Program-made: the position numbers and the translations under genes
Assembly (NCBI RefSeq): GCF_009914755.1
Contig: NC_060926.1
Reading direction: 5' to 3' (one strand)
Length of the DNA stretch: 64,000 nucleotides
Source: the human T2T-CHM13v2.0 reference genome, Homo sapiens
In this document: positions 31,976 to 48,111 of the stretch, piece after piece
How positions within the stretch are numbered: position 1 is the stretch's first letter
Layout of the letters: the number at the start of each line of letters is the position of its first letter
The notes under the pieces: generated by a model
Database searches by the model: none
What the model was told of the DNA's origin: nothing
The model's input: only the letters and a program-made list of their open reading frames with translations

Positions 31976-32137
31976 ATGTCCTTTCTGTTTGTTAGTTTTC
32001 CTTCTAACAGTCAGGACCCTCAGCTGCAGGTCTGTTGGAGTTTGCTGGAGGTCCACTCCAGACGCTGTTTGCCTGGGTATCACCAGCAGAGGCTGAAGAA
32101 CAGCAAATACTGCAGAATGGCAAATGTTGCTGCCTGA
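31976..32137 (+). other. L1 ORF0-homologous short ORF (53 aa) in the antisense 5'UTR
   Basis: Manual translation MSFLFVSFPSNSQDPQLQVCWSLLEVHSRRCLPGYHQQRLKNSKYCRMANVAA*; N-terminus matches L1 ORF0. Confidence 0.6.
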
Positions 32138-35100
32138 TCCTTCCTCTGGAAGCTTTGTCTCAGAGGAGCACCTGGCTGTATGAAGTGTCAGTTGGCCCCT
32201 ACTGGGAGGTGCCTCCCAGTTAGGCTACTCTGGGGTCAGGGACCCACTTGAGGAGGCAGTCTGTCCGTTCTCAGATCTCATACTCCATGCTGGGAGAACC
32301 ACTACTCTCTTCAAAGCTGTCAGACAGGGACGTTTAAGTCTGCAGAAGTTTCTGCTGCCTTTTGTTCAGCTATGCCCTGCCCCCAGAGGTGGTGTCTACA
32401 GAGGTAGGCTGGCCTCCTTGAGCTACGGTGAGCTCCACTCAGTTTGAGCTTCCCAGCCACTTTGTTTACCTACTCAAGTCTCAGCAATGGCGGATGTCCC
32501 TCCCCCAGCCTCACTGCTGCCTTGCAGTTCGATCTGAGACTGCTGTGCTAGCAGTGAGCAAGGCTCCGTGGGCGTGGGACCCTCTGAGCCAGGCACAGGA
32601 TATCATCTCCTGGTGTGCCGTTTGCTAAGGCCATTGGAAAAGCACAGTATTAGGGTGGGAGTGTCCCAATTTTCCAAGTACTGTCTGTCACGGCTTCCTT
32701 TTGCTAGGAAAGGGAATTCCCTGACCCCTTGCACTTCCCGGGTGAGGCAATGCCCTGCCCTGCCCCATGGGCTGCAACACTGTCTAACAAGCCCCAGTGA
32801 GATGAACCCAGTACCTCAGTTGGAAATGCAGAAATCACCTGTCTTCTGTGTTGCTCATGCTGGGAGCTGCAGACTGGAGCTGTTCCTATTTGGGTATCTT
32901 GGAACCTCCTCCTAAAATAGCAGTTTTAAGGAAACTCAGTGATCTCTAAGATAACACAGAAAAGCAATTCATAAATTACTCAGAGAAATTTAACAAAGAG
33001 ATTGAAATTTTAAAAAAATCAAATATTGGAACTGAGAAATACATTCCCTGCATTAGAGACTCTCAATGACATAATAGATCAAGCAGAGGAAAGAATCAGT
33101 AAGCTCATAGACAGCCTATTTGAAAATATGCAGTCAGAGGAGAAAAAGAAAAAAGAATGAAAGGAATGAAGATTGCCTGCAAGACAAAGAAAATTATCTC
33201 AAAAGACCAAATCTAATAATCATTGATGTTCAAGAAAAAGTTGAACAAGAGCAAGGGGTAGAAAGTATATTCAAATAAATAATAATAGAAAAGTTTCTAA
33301 AACTTGAGAAAGAGACAAATAGCCAGATACTGAAAAGTAAGAGAACAACAGATTTGACCAAAATAAGACTATTCCAAGTCATATAATAATCAAACTCTCA
33401 AAGGGTAAAGACAAATTCTCAAAAGATAAAAGCAGCAAGAGATAAGAAGCAAATAACATACAAAGGAGCTCCAATTCATCTGGCAACAGACATCTCAACA
33501 AAAACCATACAGGCCAGGAGGGAGTGGCATGACATTTTCGAAGTGCTGAAAGAAAAAAACTCATCCAAGCATACTGTGTCAAGCAAAGATATTCTTCAAA
33601 AATGAAGGAGAGATCAAGTCTTTCTTGGACAAACAAAATTCTGAGAGAATTTACTCCCACCTGACCTGTTTTACAAGAAATGCTAAAGGGAGTTCTTCAG
33701 TGTGAAAACAAAACAAAACAAAACTCTGACATGCAAAAAGAAAGTACTTAAACATATAAAACCCACTGGTAACATTAACTACATGGACAAACCCAGAATA
33801 CTCTAATACCGTAATTGGGATATGTAATCCACTCATAACTCTAGTATAGAGCCCCAAAGACAAAACTATTAAAACTAGCAACAGCAACGTGTTAAGCTCT
33901 TAGCAACAGCAATGTGTTAAGAGATAGGCAATATAAAAATATGTAATTAGAGATGACAAAGTCAAATTTTGGAGGGGATAGAGTTAAAGTACAGTTTTTT
34001 TTTTTTCATTTTTTTCTTTGTTTCTATTTTCTTTGCCATTGAAGATATAATCTCTTTAAAATAACTCGTTATAACTATAAGATGTTTTTTGTAAGCTTCA
34101 TGGTAACCACAATGCGAAAATCTACAACAGATTCACTAAAAATGAATAACAAGAAATTAAAACATACTACCAGAGTAAACCACTTACCCACAAAGGAAGA
34201 CAGTAAGAACGGAAAAAACAGAAGAGAGGAACTACAAAATAACCAGAAAACAAGCAACAAAATGGCAGTAGTAATTACTTATAAATAATAACGATGAATG
34301 TAAATGGACTAAATTCTTCAATAGAAAGGCATAGAGTGGCTGAATTAATAAAGAAACAAGACCCAACTATACATTGTCTACAAGAAACCCACTTCACCTA
34401 TAAAGACACACATAGAATAAAAGTGAAGGGTTGGAAAAAGATATTCTGTACAACTGGAAACCAAAAAAGAGCAGGAATAACTGTACTTAGATTAAAAAAT
34501 GGACTACAAATCTAAGACTGTAAGAAGGACAAAGAAGGTCATGGTATAATGATAAAATGATCAATTCAGCAAGAGGATATAATAATTTTAAGTATCTATG
34601 CAAATAACACCAGAGCTCCCAAGTATATAAAGCAAATATTAGGAGTTCCAAAGGAGGGATAAACTGCAATACGATAACAGCAGAGGACTTCAACACCCCA
34701 CTCTCAGTAATGGACGGATCATCCAGACAGAAAATCAACAAAGAAATGTTAGATTTCACTACACACTAGACCAAATAGCCTTAATTGACATTTACTGCAA
34801 TAAAATACACATTTTTAATAAGTACATGGAAGATTCTCCAGAATAGATTATATTTTATGTCATAAAACATGTCTCAACAAATTCAAAAAAGTAGAAATCA
34901 TATTAAGTATGTATTTTGACCACAGTGAAATAAAACCGAAAATCAGTAGCAATAGGAGCCTCAGAAAATACACAAATACCTGGAAATTAAACAACATGCT
35001 CCTGAATGAGCAATGGGTTGATGAAGAAATTCAGAAGGAAATTTGACGATTTCTTGAAACAAATGCAAATGGAAATACAACATACCAAAATCTATAGGAC

Positions 35101-35297
35101 ACAGCAAAAGCAGTTGTAAGAGGGAAGCTTGTAGCAATGAACACCTATATCAAAAATGTAGAAAGACTGAACGATCTAATGAGGCATCTCAAAGAACCAG
35201 GAAAACCCAGACAAACCAAATCCAAAATGAGTAGGAGGAAAGAAGTAATAAATATCAGAGCACAAATAAATGAAAAGGAAATGTAAAAAACAATACA

Positions 35298-35600
35298 GGC
35301 CAGGCACAGTAGTTCACCCCTGTAATCCCAGCACTTTTGAGGCTGAGGCAGGTGGATCACTTGAGCCCAGGAGTTCAAAACCAGCCTGGGCAACATGGCA
35401 AAACCCTGCCTCTACTAAAAACACAAGAAATTAGCTGAGCATGGTGGCACATGCCTGTAGTCCCAGCTACTCAGGTAGGAGGTAGGAAATCACCTGAGCC
35501 TGGGAAGTTGAGGCTGCAATGAGCTGAGATGGCACCACTGCACTCCAGCTTGGGCAATGGGAGTGAGACCCTGTCTCAAAAAACAAAAACAAAAACAAAA
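35298..35600 (+). mobile_element. AluJ/S inside L1MA
   Basis: Full dimer; flanking CAATACA duplicated. Confidence 0.9.
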
Positions 35601-35892
35601 CCCAATACAGATCAATGAAATGAAAAGTTGTGCTTTTTTAAGAAAGATAAAATTGGCAAACCTTTAGCTAGACTAAGGAAAAAAAGTGACCCAAATAAAT
35701 AAAATAAAAAATGAAAAAGGAGACATAACAACTGAGAAATACAAAGAATAATTAGAGACTATTGTGAACAACTACATGCTAACAAATTGGAAAACCTAGA
35801 AGAAATGGATAAGTTCCTGGACACATACAAACTACCAAGATGAACCATGGAGAACGAGAAAACCTCAACAAATGAGTAACAAGTAATGAGAT

Positions 35893-36327
35893 TGTCTTAG
35901 TCCATTTTGCATTGCTGTAAAGGAATACATAAGGCTAGGTAATTTATTTAAAAAAAAAAATAAGAGGTTTAGTTGGCTCACTGTTCTGCAGGCTATACAA
36001 GAAGCATGATGCCAGCATCTGCTTCTGGTGAGGGCCTCACGGGATGCTTCCACTCATGATAGAAGGTGACAGAAAGTTGGCATGTAGAGATCAAATGGTG
36101 GGAAGTGGGCAAGAGAGAGAGGGGAAGAGGTGCTAGGCTCTTTTCAACAACCAGATTTCTTAGGAAATAATAGACCCAGAACTCACTCGTTACTATGAAG
36201 ACAGCACCAAGCCATTCATAAGGGATCTGCCCCCATCATTCAAACATCTCCACTAGGCCTCACCTGCAACACTGGAGATCAAATTTTGACATGACATTTG
36301 GAGAGCACAAATATTCAAACTATATCA
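35893..36327 (-). mobile_element. MSTB-like MaLR solo LTR inside L1MA ORF2
   Basis: TGTCTTAGTCCATTTTGCATTGCTG...CAAACTATATCA; 5-bp TSD GAGAT/GAAAT. Confidence 0.85.
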
Positions 36328-36740
36328 GAAATTGAAGCTATAATAAAGTCTCCCATCAAAGAAAAGTCCAGGACCTGATAGCTTCACTGCTGAATTCTGC
36401 CAAACATTTAAAGAACTAATACCAATTCTACTCACACTCCAAAAAAATTTAAGAAGAGGGACTACCTCCAAACTCATATTACAAGTCCAGCATTACCCTG
36501 ATACCAAAACCAGATTAGGATACAACAAGAAAGGAAAACTACAGGCCAATGGCAATGATAATATAGTTGGAAAAACCCTTGACAAAATACTAGTAAACCA
36601 AATTCAACAATACATTAAAAAGAGTATTCACCATGATCAAATGGGATTCATCCTAGACATGAAAGGATGTTTCAACATTTGCAAATTAATAAACATGATA
36701 TATCACATTAACAGAACCAAGAACAAAAACCATAGGATCA

Positions 36741-37049
<309 letters not shown>

Positions 37050-37319
37050 TCATTTCAATAGATACTGAAAAAGCATTAAATAAAACTCAACATTCCTCTA
37101 TGACAAAATTCCTCAACAACTGAGTATAGAAGAAACATACCTCAACATGATGAAGGCCGTATATATGACAAGCTTACAGCTAATATACTGAACAGGGAAA
37201 GACTGAAAGCCTTTCCACTAAGATCTAGAAGAAGACAAGGATGCCCACTTCCACCATTTTTATTCAACATAATACTGTAAATCCTGGCCAGAGCAATGAG
37301 CAAGAGAAAGAAAGAAAAA

Positions 37320-37601
37320 GTCCAGGCACGATGGCTCATGCCTTTAATCCCAGCACTGTGGGAGGCCAAGGTGGGCAGATGGCTTGAGCTCATGAGTTCA
37401 AGACAAGCCTGATCAATGTGGCAAAACCCCATATCTACAAAAAATACCAAAATTAGCCAGGCATGGTGATGTGTGTCTGTAGTCTCAGCTACTTAGGAGG
37501 CTGAGGTAAAAGGATGGCTTGATCCCAGGAGGCAGAGTTTGTAGTGAGCCAAGATCATGTCACTTCACTGCAGCTTGGGGGATAGTGCCAGATCTTGTCT
37601 C

Positions 37602-37632
<31 letters not shown>

Positions 37633-37635
37633 GGA
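37320..37635 (+). mobile_element. AluJ/S
   Basis: Diverged full dimer with A-tail. Confidence 0.9.
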
Positions 37636-38257
37636 AGAAAGGGTATTGAAATCACAAAAAAAGTCAAATTAGCCTTGTTCACAGATGAACATGATCTTAT
37701 AATTAAAGAAAACCAAAACTCCATCAAAAAACCATTAGAACTGATATATAAATTCAATAAACTTGCTGGATACAAAATCAGCAAAAAAAATCAGCAGTAT
37801 TTATATATGCCAACAATGAACAATCTGAAAAAGAAATCAAGAAAGCAATCCCATTTACAATAGCTACGAGGAATCAATTTAACCAAAGAAGTGAAAGATC
37901 AAAGATCTATACAATGAAAACTATAAAACACTGGTGAAAGAAATTGAAGAGGACACCAAAAAAAAGGAAAGATATTCCATGCTCATGAATAGGAATAATT
38001 AATGTCATTAAAATGACAATACTACTTAAACCAATTTGCAGATTTAATGCAATCCCTATCAAAATACCAATGACATTCTTCACAGAAATAGAAAAAACAA
38101 TCCTAAAATGTATATGGCACCACAAAAGACCCCCCATAGCCAAAGCAATCCTGAGTAAAAAGAGCAAAGTTGAGGCATCATGCTACCTGACTTCAAAATA
38201 TATTACAAAGCTATAGTAACCAAATGAGCATAGTACTAGCATAAAAGCAGATATATA

Positions 38258-38493
<236 letters not shown>

Positions 38494-39430
38494 TCATTTT
38501 CAACAAAGGAGCCAAGAACATACAATGGGGAAAGTCTCTTCAATAAATGGTGCTGGGAAAAATGGATAACTATTTGCAGCAGAATGAAACTAGACTCCTA
38601 TCTCTCAACATACACAAAAATCAAATCAAAATGGATTAAAGAATTAAATCAAGACTCAAAACTATGAAACTACTAGAAGAAAACTTGGGGAAATGCTCGA
38701 CTCCATTGGTCTGGGCAGATTTTTGTGTGTGTAAGACCTAAAAAGCACAGGCAACTAAAGCAAAAATAGACAAATAGGTTTACATCAAGCTAAACAGCTT
38801 CTGCACAGCAAAGGAAACAATCAACAAAGTGAAGAAATGACTCATAAAATGGGAGAAAATATTTGCCAACTATGCATCTGAAAGGGATTAACAACCACAA
38901 TATAGAAAGAGCTCAAACTATTCAACAGCAAAAAAACAAATAACCTGATTAAAAATGAGTAAAAGATCTCAATAGACATTTCTCAAAAGAAGACATACAA
39001 ATGGCCAAAAGGTACATGAAAAGGTGTTCTACATGACTAATAATCAGAGAAATGCAAATCAAAACCACAATGAGGCATCATCTTACCCTGGTTAAAGTGA
39101 CTTTTTATCAAAAAGAGGAAATAACAGATGTTGGTGAGGATGTGGAGAAAAGGGAACCCCTGTACACTGTTGGTAGGGATGTAAATCAGTACAGCCACTA
39201 CGGGAGCTGTATGAAGTTTCCTCAAAAAAAACTAAAAATAGAACTGGCATATGATCTATCAATGTACTACTGGGTATATATCCAAAAGAAAGGAAATCAA
39301 TATATTAATCAATTGGATTCTTTTGGATATACCTGCACTCCCATGTTTACTGCAGGAATAGTCACAATAGCCAAGACATAGAATCAATCTAAGTGCCCAT
39401 GAATAAATGAATGGTTAAAGAAAATGTGAT

Positions 39431-39620
39431 TTCAAGACCAGCCTGGCCAACATGGTGAAACCCCACCTGTACTAAAAATACAAAAATTAGCCAGGCATGG
39501 TGGCAGGCACCTGTAGTCCCAGCTACTCGGGAAGCTGAGGCGGGAGAATTGCTTAAACCTGGGAGGCGAAGTCTCCAGCCTGGGCAACAGAGTGAGACTC
39601 TGCCTCAGAAGAAAAAAAGG
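39431..39620 (+). mobile_element. 5'-truncated Alu with internal deletion
   Basis: Starts TTCAAGACCAGCC; GGGAGGCGAAGT joined directly to CTCCAGCC. Confidence 0.9.
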
Positions 39621-39697
39621 AAGAAAGAAAGAAAGAAAAAAGAAAGAAAGGAAGAAAGGAAGAAAGGAAGAAAGGAAGAAAGGAAGAAAGGAAGAAA

Positions 39698-39759
<62 letters not shown>

Positions 39760-39927
39760 AGGAAGGAAGGAAGGAAGGAAGGAGAGGGACAGAACGGAAG
39801 GAAGGAAGGGGGAGGGGGAGGAGGAAGGAAGGAAGGAAGGGAGGGAAGGAAGGAAGAGAGAGGGAGAGACACAGAGGGAGAGAGAAAGGGGAGGGGAGGG
39901 GAGGGGAGGGGAGGGGAGGGAGAAAGG
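39607..39927. repeat. Compound polypurine tract (GAAAGGAA)n-(GAAA)n-(GGAA)n-(GGAGG)n
   Basis: About 320 bp almost free of pyrimidines on +. Confidence 0.97.
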
Positions 39928-40919
39928 TGATATATATGCACAATGGAATATTATTCAACCATATAAAAAGAATGAAATCCTGTCATTTGCAGCAAACTGG
40001 ATGGAACTGGAGGTCATTATGTTAAGTGCAATAAGCCAAGCACAGAAAGACAAATATTGCATGTTGCCCACTCATATTTGGGAGCTAAAAAAGTGGATCT
40101 CATGAAGATAGAGAGTAAACTTGTAGTTACCAGAGGCTGGGAAGAGGAGGCGGGAGGGTGAGATAAAGAGAGGTTGATTAATGGGTACAAATGCACAGTT
40201 TGATAGAAGAAATTAGAACAGGCATTTGATAGATCAGTAGGGGAACTATAATTTATAATTATTGTATATTTCAAAATAGTCAGAAGAGAATGATTTGAAT
40301 ATTTCTAGCAAAAGACAAATATTTAAGGTGATGGTTATCCCAATTATGCTGATTTGATCATCCCGCATTATATGAATGTATTAAATTATCACATGTACTT
40401 CAAAAATAAGTACATCTATTATGTATGAATTTTATTTAAAAATTTTTTCATTGGAATACTCATAATAAAAGAATGGATTCATTTTTTAAAGTTCTTTCAG
40501 GGAATGTCCAGCTTTCTCTGTGCACTGTGTTCTTTCTCACTTAATTCTGTTTGCCCAGGATGGTGAGAACCACTCCCAAGAGACAGGACACGACTTTGGA
40601 GGAGAAAGTTTTACCTAGGCTGGTGTCTGGAGTTTCCATGCCAGACTTCCTACCAGGGACTGTTTTAAAATGATGTAACCACAATTCTGACATGAACCAC
40701 TGAAATTATTTAGAATTCATGGAATTCACAAGTGTTCCCACCAACCCTTTTAATTGGTCTTCCTCTCTTTTTTCTCTGACTATATCCACCTCTTCTTAAG
40801 ACCATTGATTTATGAAACCTGAGTTTGAAACCTCATGTCCCACTTAACTAGCCATGTGGCCTTTTTCAAGTTCAGGGACACAATTAGCTTATCTGTACAG
40901 GGAGCATGGAACAAAACCA

Positions 40920-41102
40920 GTGGAACAAAGTCTTAACCCTAGCTGAACATTAGAATCACTGGGGAGGAGATTTTTAAAACTACTGATGCCCTGGCCACAT
41001 CCCAGACCTCTGGAATCAGAATCCCTGGGTGGTAGTCAGGCCTCAGTAGCATTGAAAGATACGCAGGTGATTCCACTGTGCAGCTGAGGCTGAGAACCAC
41101 TG
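40920..41102. mobile_element. MER5A
   Basis: CATTAGAATCACTGGGGAG...CAGGTGATTCCACTGTGCAGCTGAGGCTGAGAACCACTG. Confidence 0.75.
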
Positions 41103-41133
41103 ATGTAAGGTGATCATTAAGAACACTTAAAGT

Positions 41134-41447
41134 GGTCAGGTGCAGTGGCTCATGCCTTTGGGAAGCCGGGGCAGCCTTTGGGAAGCCAGGGCAGGAGGAC
41201 TGCTTGAGCCCAGGAGTTTGAGACCAGCCTGAGCAACATGGTGAAACCCCGTCTCTACAAAAAATACAAAAATTAGTCAGGCATGGTGGCACATGCCTGT
41301 AGTCCCAGCTACTCAGGAGGCTGAGGTGGGAGAATCATCTGAGCCCAGGAAGTCGAGGCTGCAGTGAGCCGTGATTGTGCCACTGTACTCCAGCCTCGGC
41401 CACGGAGCAAGACCCTATCTCAAAAAAAAAAAAGAGAGAGAGAAAAA
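41134..41447 (+). mobile_element. AluJ with 20-bp internal tandem duplication
   Basis: GCCTTTGGGAAGCC(G/A)GGGCA x2 at 41154-41193; flanking CTTAAAGT duplicated. Confidence 0.92.
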
Positions 41448-42127
41448 ACTCTTAAAGTTCTTTCTCTGATCTGCATTTTCCTTGGCTCCCATGATCCCCA
41501 CCCATGGCCACCACTCCAAGGCAAGGATGAGTGGGGTACACTGTATCCCAGTCAATACCAGAGAGTGTATCTGTTCAGTCCAAGGAGGACCACATCTAGC
41601 CTGGCTATGAAGAACCAGTATTTGAAGGTGTGTTCTCGAGCATATAAGCAAAACCAGCCTCCCTGGGTTGCATGCAAGATCCTGCCCTTGATGTCTCCTA
41701 AATCAAGGAAAACTACCACTTTATGGAGAGCAGGGGTTATATCTCTTAAAGACATTGCCTGGAAGCCTCCAGAATCCACAGAAAGGCAATCACGGTTTGT
41801 TTTTTCATCTTTTGTTTCTGCCACCCAGATGGAGTGAGTCAAATAGAGGGAATGTTAACTTCAGGAAGCAGAGACTATTTTTAAACATTAATTTGACTTT
41901 TTGGATTGATCAGGTGTCAACATTAGCTAATAGGATCCTGAGAAATTTGTAGGACTTTAAGTTATGTGGAAATCTCTAGACATCTTATTTTTCTATGTAT
42001 TTAGAAATTGCCCATTATGCCTATATGGTATAAATCATTCCTAAACCTATACAACACAGAATCTGAAGACAACAAGAATGTCTGAAAACTTCAAATTACC
42101 TTCCCCACAAGTGTCTCCCCCATCTCA

Positions 42128-42487
<360 letters not shown>

Positions 42488-42882
42488 AAAACCCTGGGTC
42501 CACCTTGATTCTACTCTTTCCCACCTGTATGCCCAATCCATCAGCACATTCAGTTAGAAGTACTGTCGTCATATATCCCTAGCCTAATTTTTTCCACCAC
42601 CTGTGTCTAAGCCACTGGCATTTCTTTCCCAGGTCTGGCTTTAATGCCCATTTGCTTTGTGACCCACTGAAGCAATATCTCAGGTCTGACCCGCTAATAT
42701 CTGAGGTCTCTGCTAGTCCTAAAGGTCTAGATTCTAACTCATAGAAGTGGACTTGTACTGAGTGCTTACTCTGTACTAAGTGCTCTGCTTCTGTTATTTC
42801 CTTCCTCATGCCAACCAACGAGGTAGGTGCTATTATTCCCCCTTTGAAAGGATGAGATGGCGGATGCTTATGGAGGCTGAGT

Positions 42883-43435
42883 GTGACAGATGCTGCTGGT
42901 GCCTACCTAAGGCCATTCTCCTGTGCCTTCTTGCTAACAGAACCTGATTTTGCTGGGAATGGCAATGAGCCCAGCTCCTGGTGAGTCAGTGAGACAAGAT
43001 TAGCCAAGCCAGTTTTGCTAGCCACAGTCCACTTTATCCATGTTTGGTACAGAGGTGGGCATGACAGACAGAAGGGAAAGTCTGTTGAAGGCTCCTGGGG
43101 AAGTCTTTTCTCCCCACAAGAAATAAAAGAGCAGGAGACAATTATGCCACTGCTCCTATTACTTCATGCTTAGGATATTATCATGAGAGGAGGTGAAGCT
43201 GGGGTCTTTGTCAGTCTTATGGCAATCACAAGGGGCAGTGTGGGATGAGATGTACCTGAGGATGGAAGAAGAAAAGGATGAGAAAGTTCGGTCCTTGGTG
43301 ATGTCCTTCAGCCACTGAAAGCTACCTCATCTTGCCTAGCTCTGGGCTGCTTCTTAAGTGAACCATAAATGTCTTTAGAAATTAAGCCAGGCTAGTCAAG
43401 AATCGTGTTACATGGGACCCAAAACATCTTGACAC
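42883..43435 (+). mobile_element. MLT1J/K-like LTR nested in MIR (~42750-43550)
   Basis: TGTGACAGATGCTGCTGGTGCC...CTTCTTGCTAACAGAACC...TTAAGCCAG...AACATCTTGACACA; MIR resumes CAACTTCCCTAAGGACACACAGCTAG. Confidence 0.6.
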
Positions 43436-44308
43436 AGGAGCAACTTCCCTAAGGACACACAGCTAGGAAGTGGCACTGCCAGACTGCAAAACCATGTCTA
43501 TCTCTCTGTCTGTCTGGAAAGCCAAAGTGGCCAGGCTCTTGCCTCTGTCCCACCCCTAGTTTAATTCCAACTCTACAACTCTGTAATCAGCTGCAGTCGA
43601 ACAAGCATTCAAGGGCTCCCGAGCCGCAGCTGCTGCTGGGCATAGATCTGAACACAGCTGCTCTTCTCACCCTCCTGGGCTGCACCATCCTGAAGTCAGC
43701 TCTGTGGGAACCAGGGACCCCCATCCCCTAGCATTGGGAAACGGTAGTCAGGGGCACCAGTGCATCATAATAAACAATGAGACTCACAGGAAGCCACTCA
43801 GCCTCCCCACTCATCTGCCTTCATGACTCTGCATTTCACTGTGCTTATGTCTGGAGCTTGGTTGACTCCACTCAGCCTTATTTTCTGGAGTTAGAACTCA
43901 ACAGGAAAATCCTTCCCCCAAATTATTATGTTCTCATTTGGGAGGCCTCTGAAGTCAAGCCACTCATTCTTGTACTGTACACAGAGGGCTCAGGGAGGGT
44001 GACTGGAGTGTTCTCCTCTCTCCACTCCTGGTCTAACCCTATGCCCCAACAGGCTGGCCTGTAATTGTTGAAGCAAAGAGATCTGAGGAATGCCAAAAGC
44101 TTCAGTCATCTACAGATGTCTCCCCCATTGACCTAGCGTAGGGTGAGAACTCCTACCCTTAGCCAGTCCAAAGAAATATAGTAGTATTTCAAAATTTGTA
44201 TGTTTTGCAAATATACAGATTCGTATATTTTGCAAATATATTACTTAATAGGGATAGCAGATCAGCCTCCTTGTTACACAGGAGGCTTTTATATGCTGCC
44301 TCCGTTTA

Positions 44309-45410
<1,102 letters not shown>

Positions 45411-45436
45411 TTAAGTACCTTTAAAATGTGATTTGT

Positions 45437-46041
<605 letters not shown>

Positions 46042-46294
46042 TTATTAACCCTGTTTCTCTTTCTCAATAGTCTGTAAGCTCTGTGAGTGTGTAGGGCCTT
46101 ATTTATTTAGTAGTCTGAGCATATAGGATGGTACCTGGCATATAATAGGTATTTAATAAATATATATTGAAAGAATGAGTGAACTGTACAATGGAAAGTC
46201 AAAGGGAGGTAGGACGTGGAGACAAGTGTAAGTAACTTTTTTAAGAAGGTTGGCTTCTTAAGGAGAGAAAATGACTGTTAAGAAAGGAGATGGC

Positions 46295-46337
<43 letters not shown>
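46295..46337. repeat. (GTT)n trinucleotide repeat
   Basis: About 14 perfect units. Confidence 0.95.
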
Positions 46338-47047
46338 AATATACTGGAGAGAAAGGGATGGTAGAGAAGTATTATTTTCAGGACAATGCTGTGCATTGCC
46401 AACTCCAGGTGGCATAATTTACACTGTATTACTTGTGAATGGCACCCCCTACAGTTGTGCAATGCAGTGGCCCAGTTGCACATAGGCAGGGAGTGATCAT
46501 CAGTGAGAGGAAGATAGACAGGGATCTATCTAGAACATAGCTTGGCTTTAGTTGGGGTGCTCATCCTTTGAAATTGAACATAGATGAATATATTAGGAGT
46601 AAAGTGGGAGGCAGGAAATTAGGGCAGTTTTTGCCCAGTGGGTTAATTTTTTTTGGTAATATGGGAGATGAAACCATCCAACTATGACAGGGCTGGGACT
46701 GTGTGAAGGTCTTAAGGAATGTGAAAAAGGTTTGGAAAGGGAGAAAGACAAGTAAAAGAATGTAACTAAATTACATGCAATGTCCTAGGGATCATAGACC
46801 TGGGTCCGGGAGACCTGGGGACCATCCAAAGGGAAAGGAGGGGAGGCTGAGAAGTGAAGTCGGGGGAGATGGTGAAGGCTGGAAGGGTGTCTTTCACGCA
46901 CAGCCTCCAATTCACATATGGTTAGAAAACTCATTTTTAAGTGACTTATCTGGACTCACACAGCATTGTCCTATCGGAACTATTGTTTACAGTGGTTTGA
47001 TTCTTCAACCAGCAACACATCAAAGTCTATTTATTCTTCAAAGTCGC

Positions 47048-47055
47048 TGACGTCA
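47048..47055. promoter_or_regulatory. Full CRE palindrome TGACGTCA
   Basis: Exact match in apparently unique sequence; function unproven. Confidence 0.35.
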
Positions 47056-47679
47056 TGAGCTGATGGCTGTAGTAATACTTCAATGTCAACTCCCACTATT
47101 ACTATTTGTAACCTTTGTATGGAAAAATGTATTCCATGTTACAGGTCAGCAGACCAATAGCACCCTTCCCTTTTACCACCCATCTCTGAGAATCTCCTCC
47201 AGCTTCCCTGCCTAACATGTGGTGAAAGCCTTGGTCAGCCTCCAGTGCCAGCCTGCAGGTGGGACCAAGACTCTGTGCCTCCAGAGTTTGTTGTTAATTC
47301 CATTCACTCAGCCAGCCACTGGACCTGTAAGCATTTGTAGTGGGACTTAGCATCCCCCAGAGTTTCTGAATTCCACACAAATGGCAGCAGCCACCACGTG
47401 TGCTTGGGGAAGAAGGCTTTAGAGAATGGAGCACTCTGAGACAAGTCTCCCTTTGATTGACAAGTCGTTTCTACATCACGACACTTAATCATTGAAAGGA
47501 CCCTTAGACTTCGATCCAGCAGTCCTGTTTCTAGGATTCTGGCTGGTTGAAATACCTACACAAAAGTGCAAAGATAATCTTGAAGCTCTTCACTGCAGCA
47601 CCATTTGTATTTAAGAAAAACTGGAAATGATGAAAATATTCATTATGGGGGAATAGGTAAATTAATTATGGCATTCTTA

Positions 47680-48111
<432 letters not shown>

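Noticed and set aside
39432-40025. Lys/Arg/Glu-rich and Ser/Phe/Leu-rich ORFs
   Set aside because: Translation artefacts of the polypurine microsatellite and Alu.
41364-41842. 157-aa ORF extending from an Alu into unique sequence
   Set aside because: Starts at GTG inside an Alu, crosses the A-tail, and shows no recognisable domain or splice context.
46241-46485. Poly-Leu / poly-Thr ORFs resembling a signal peptide or mucin
   Set aside because: Produced by the (GTT)n repeat.
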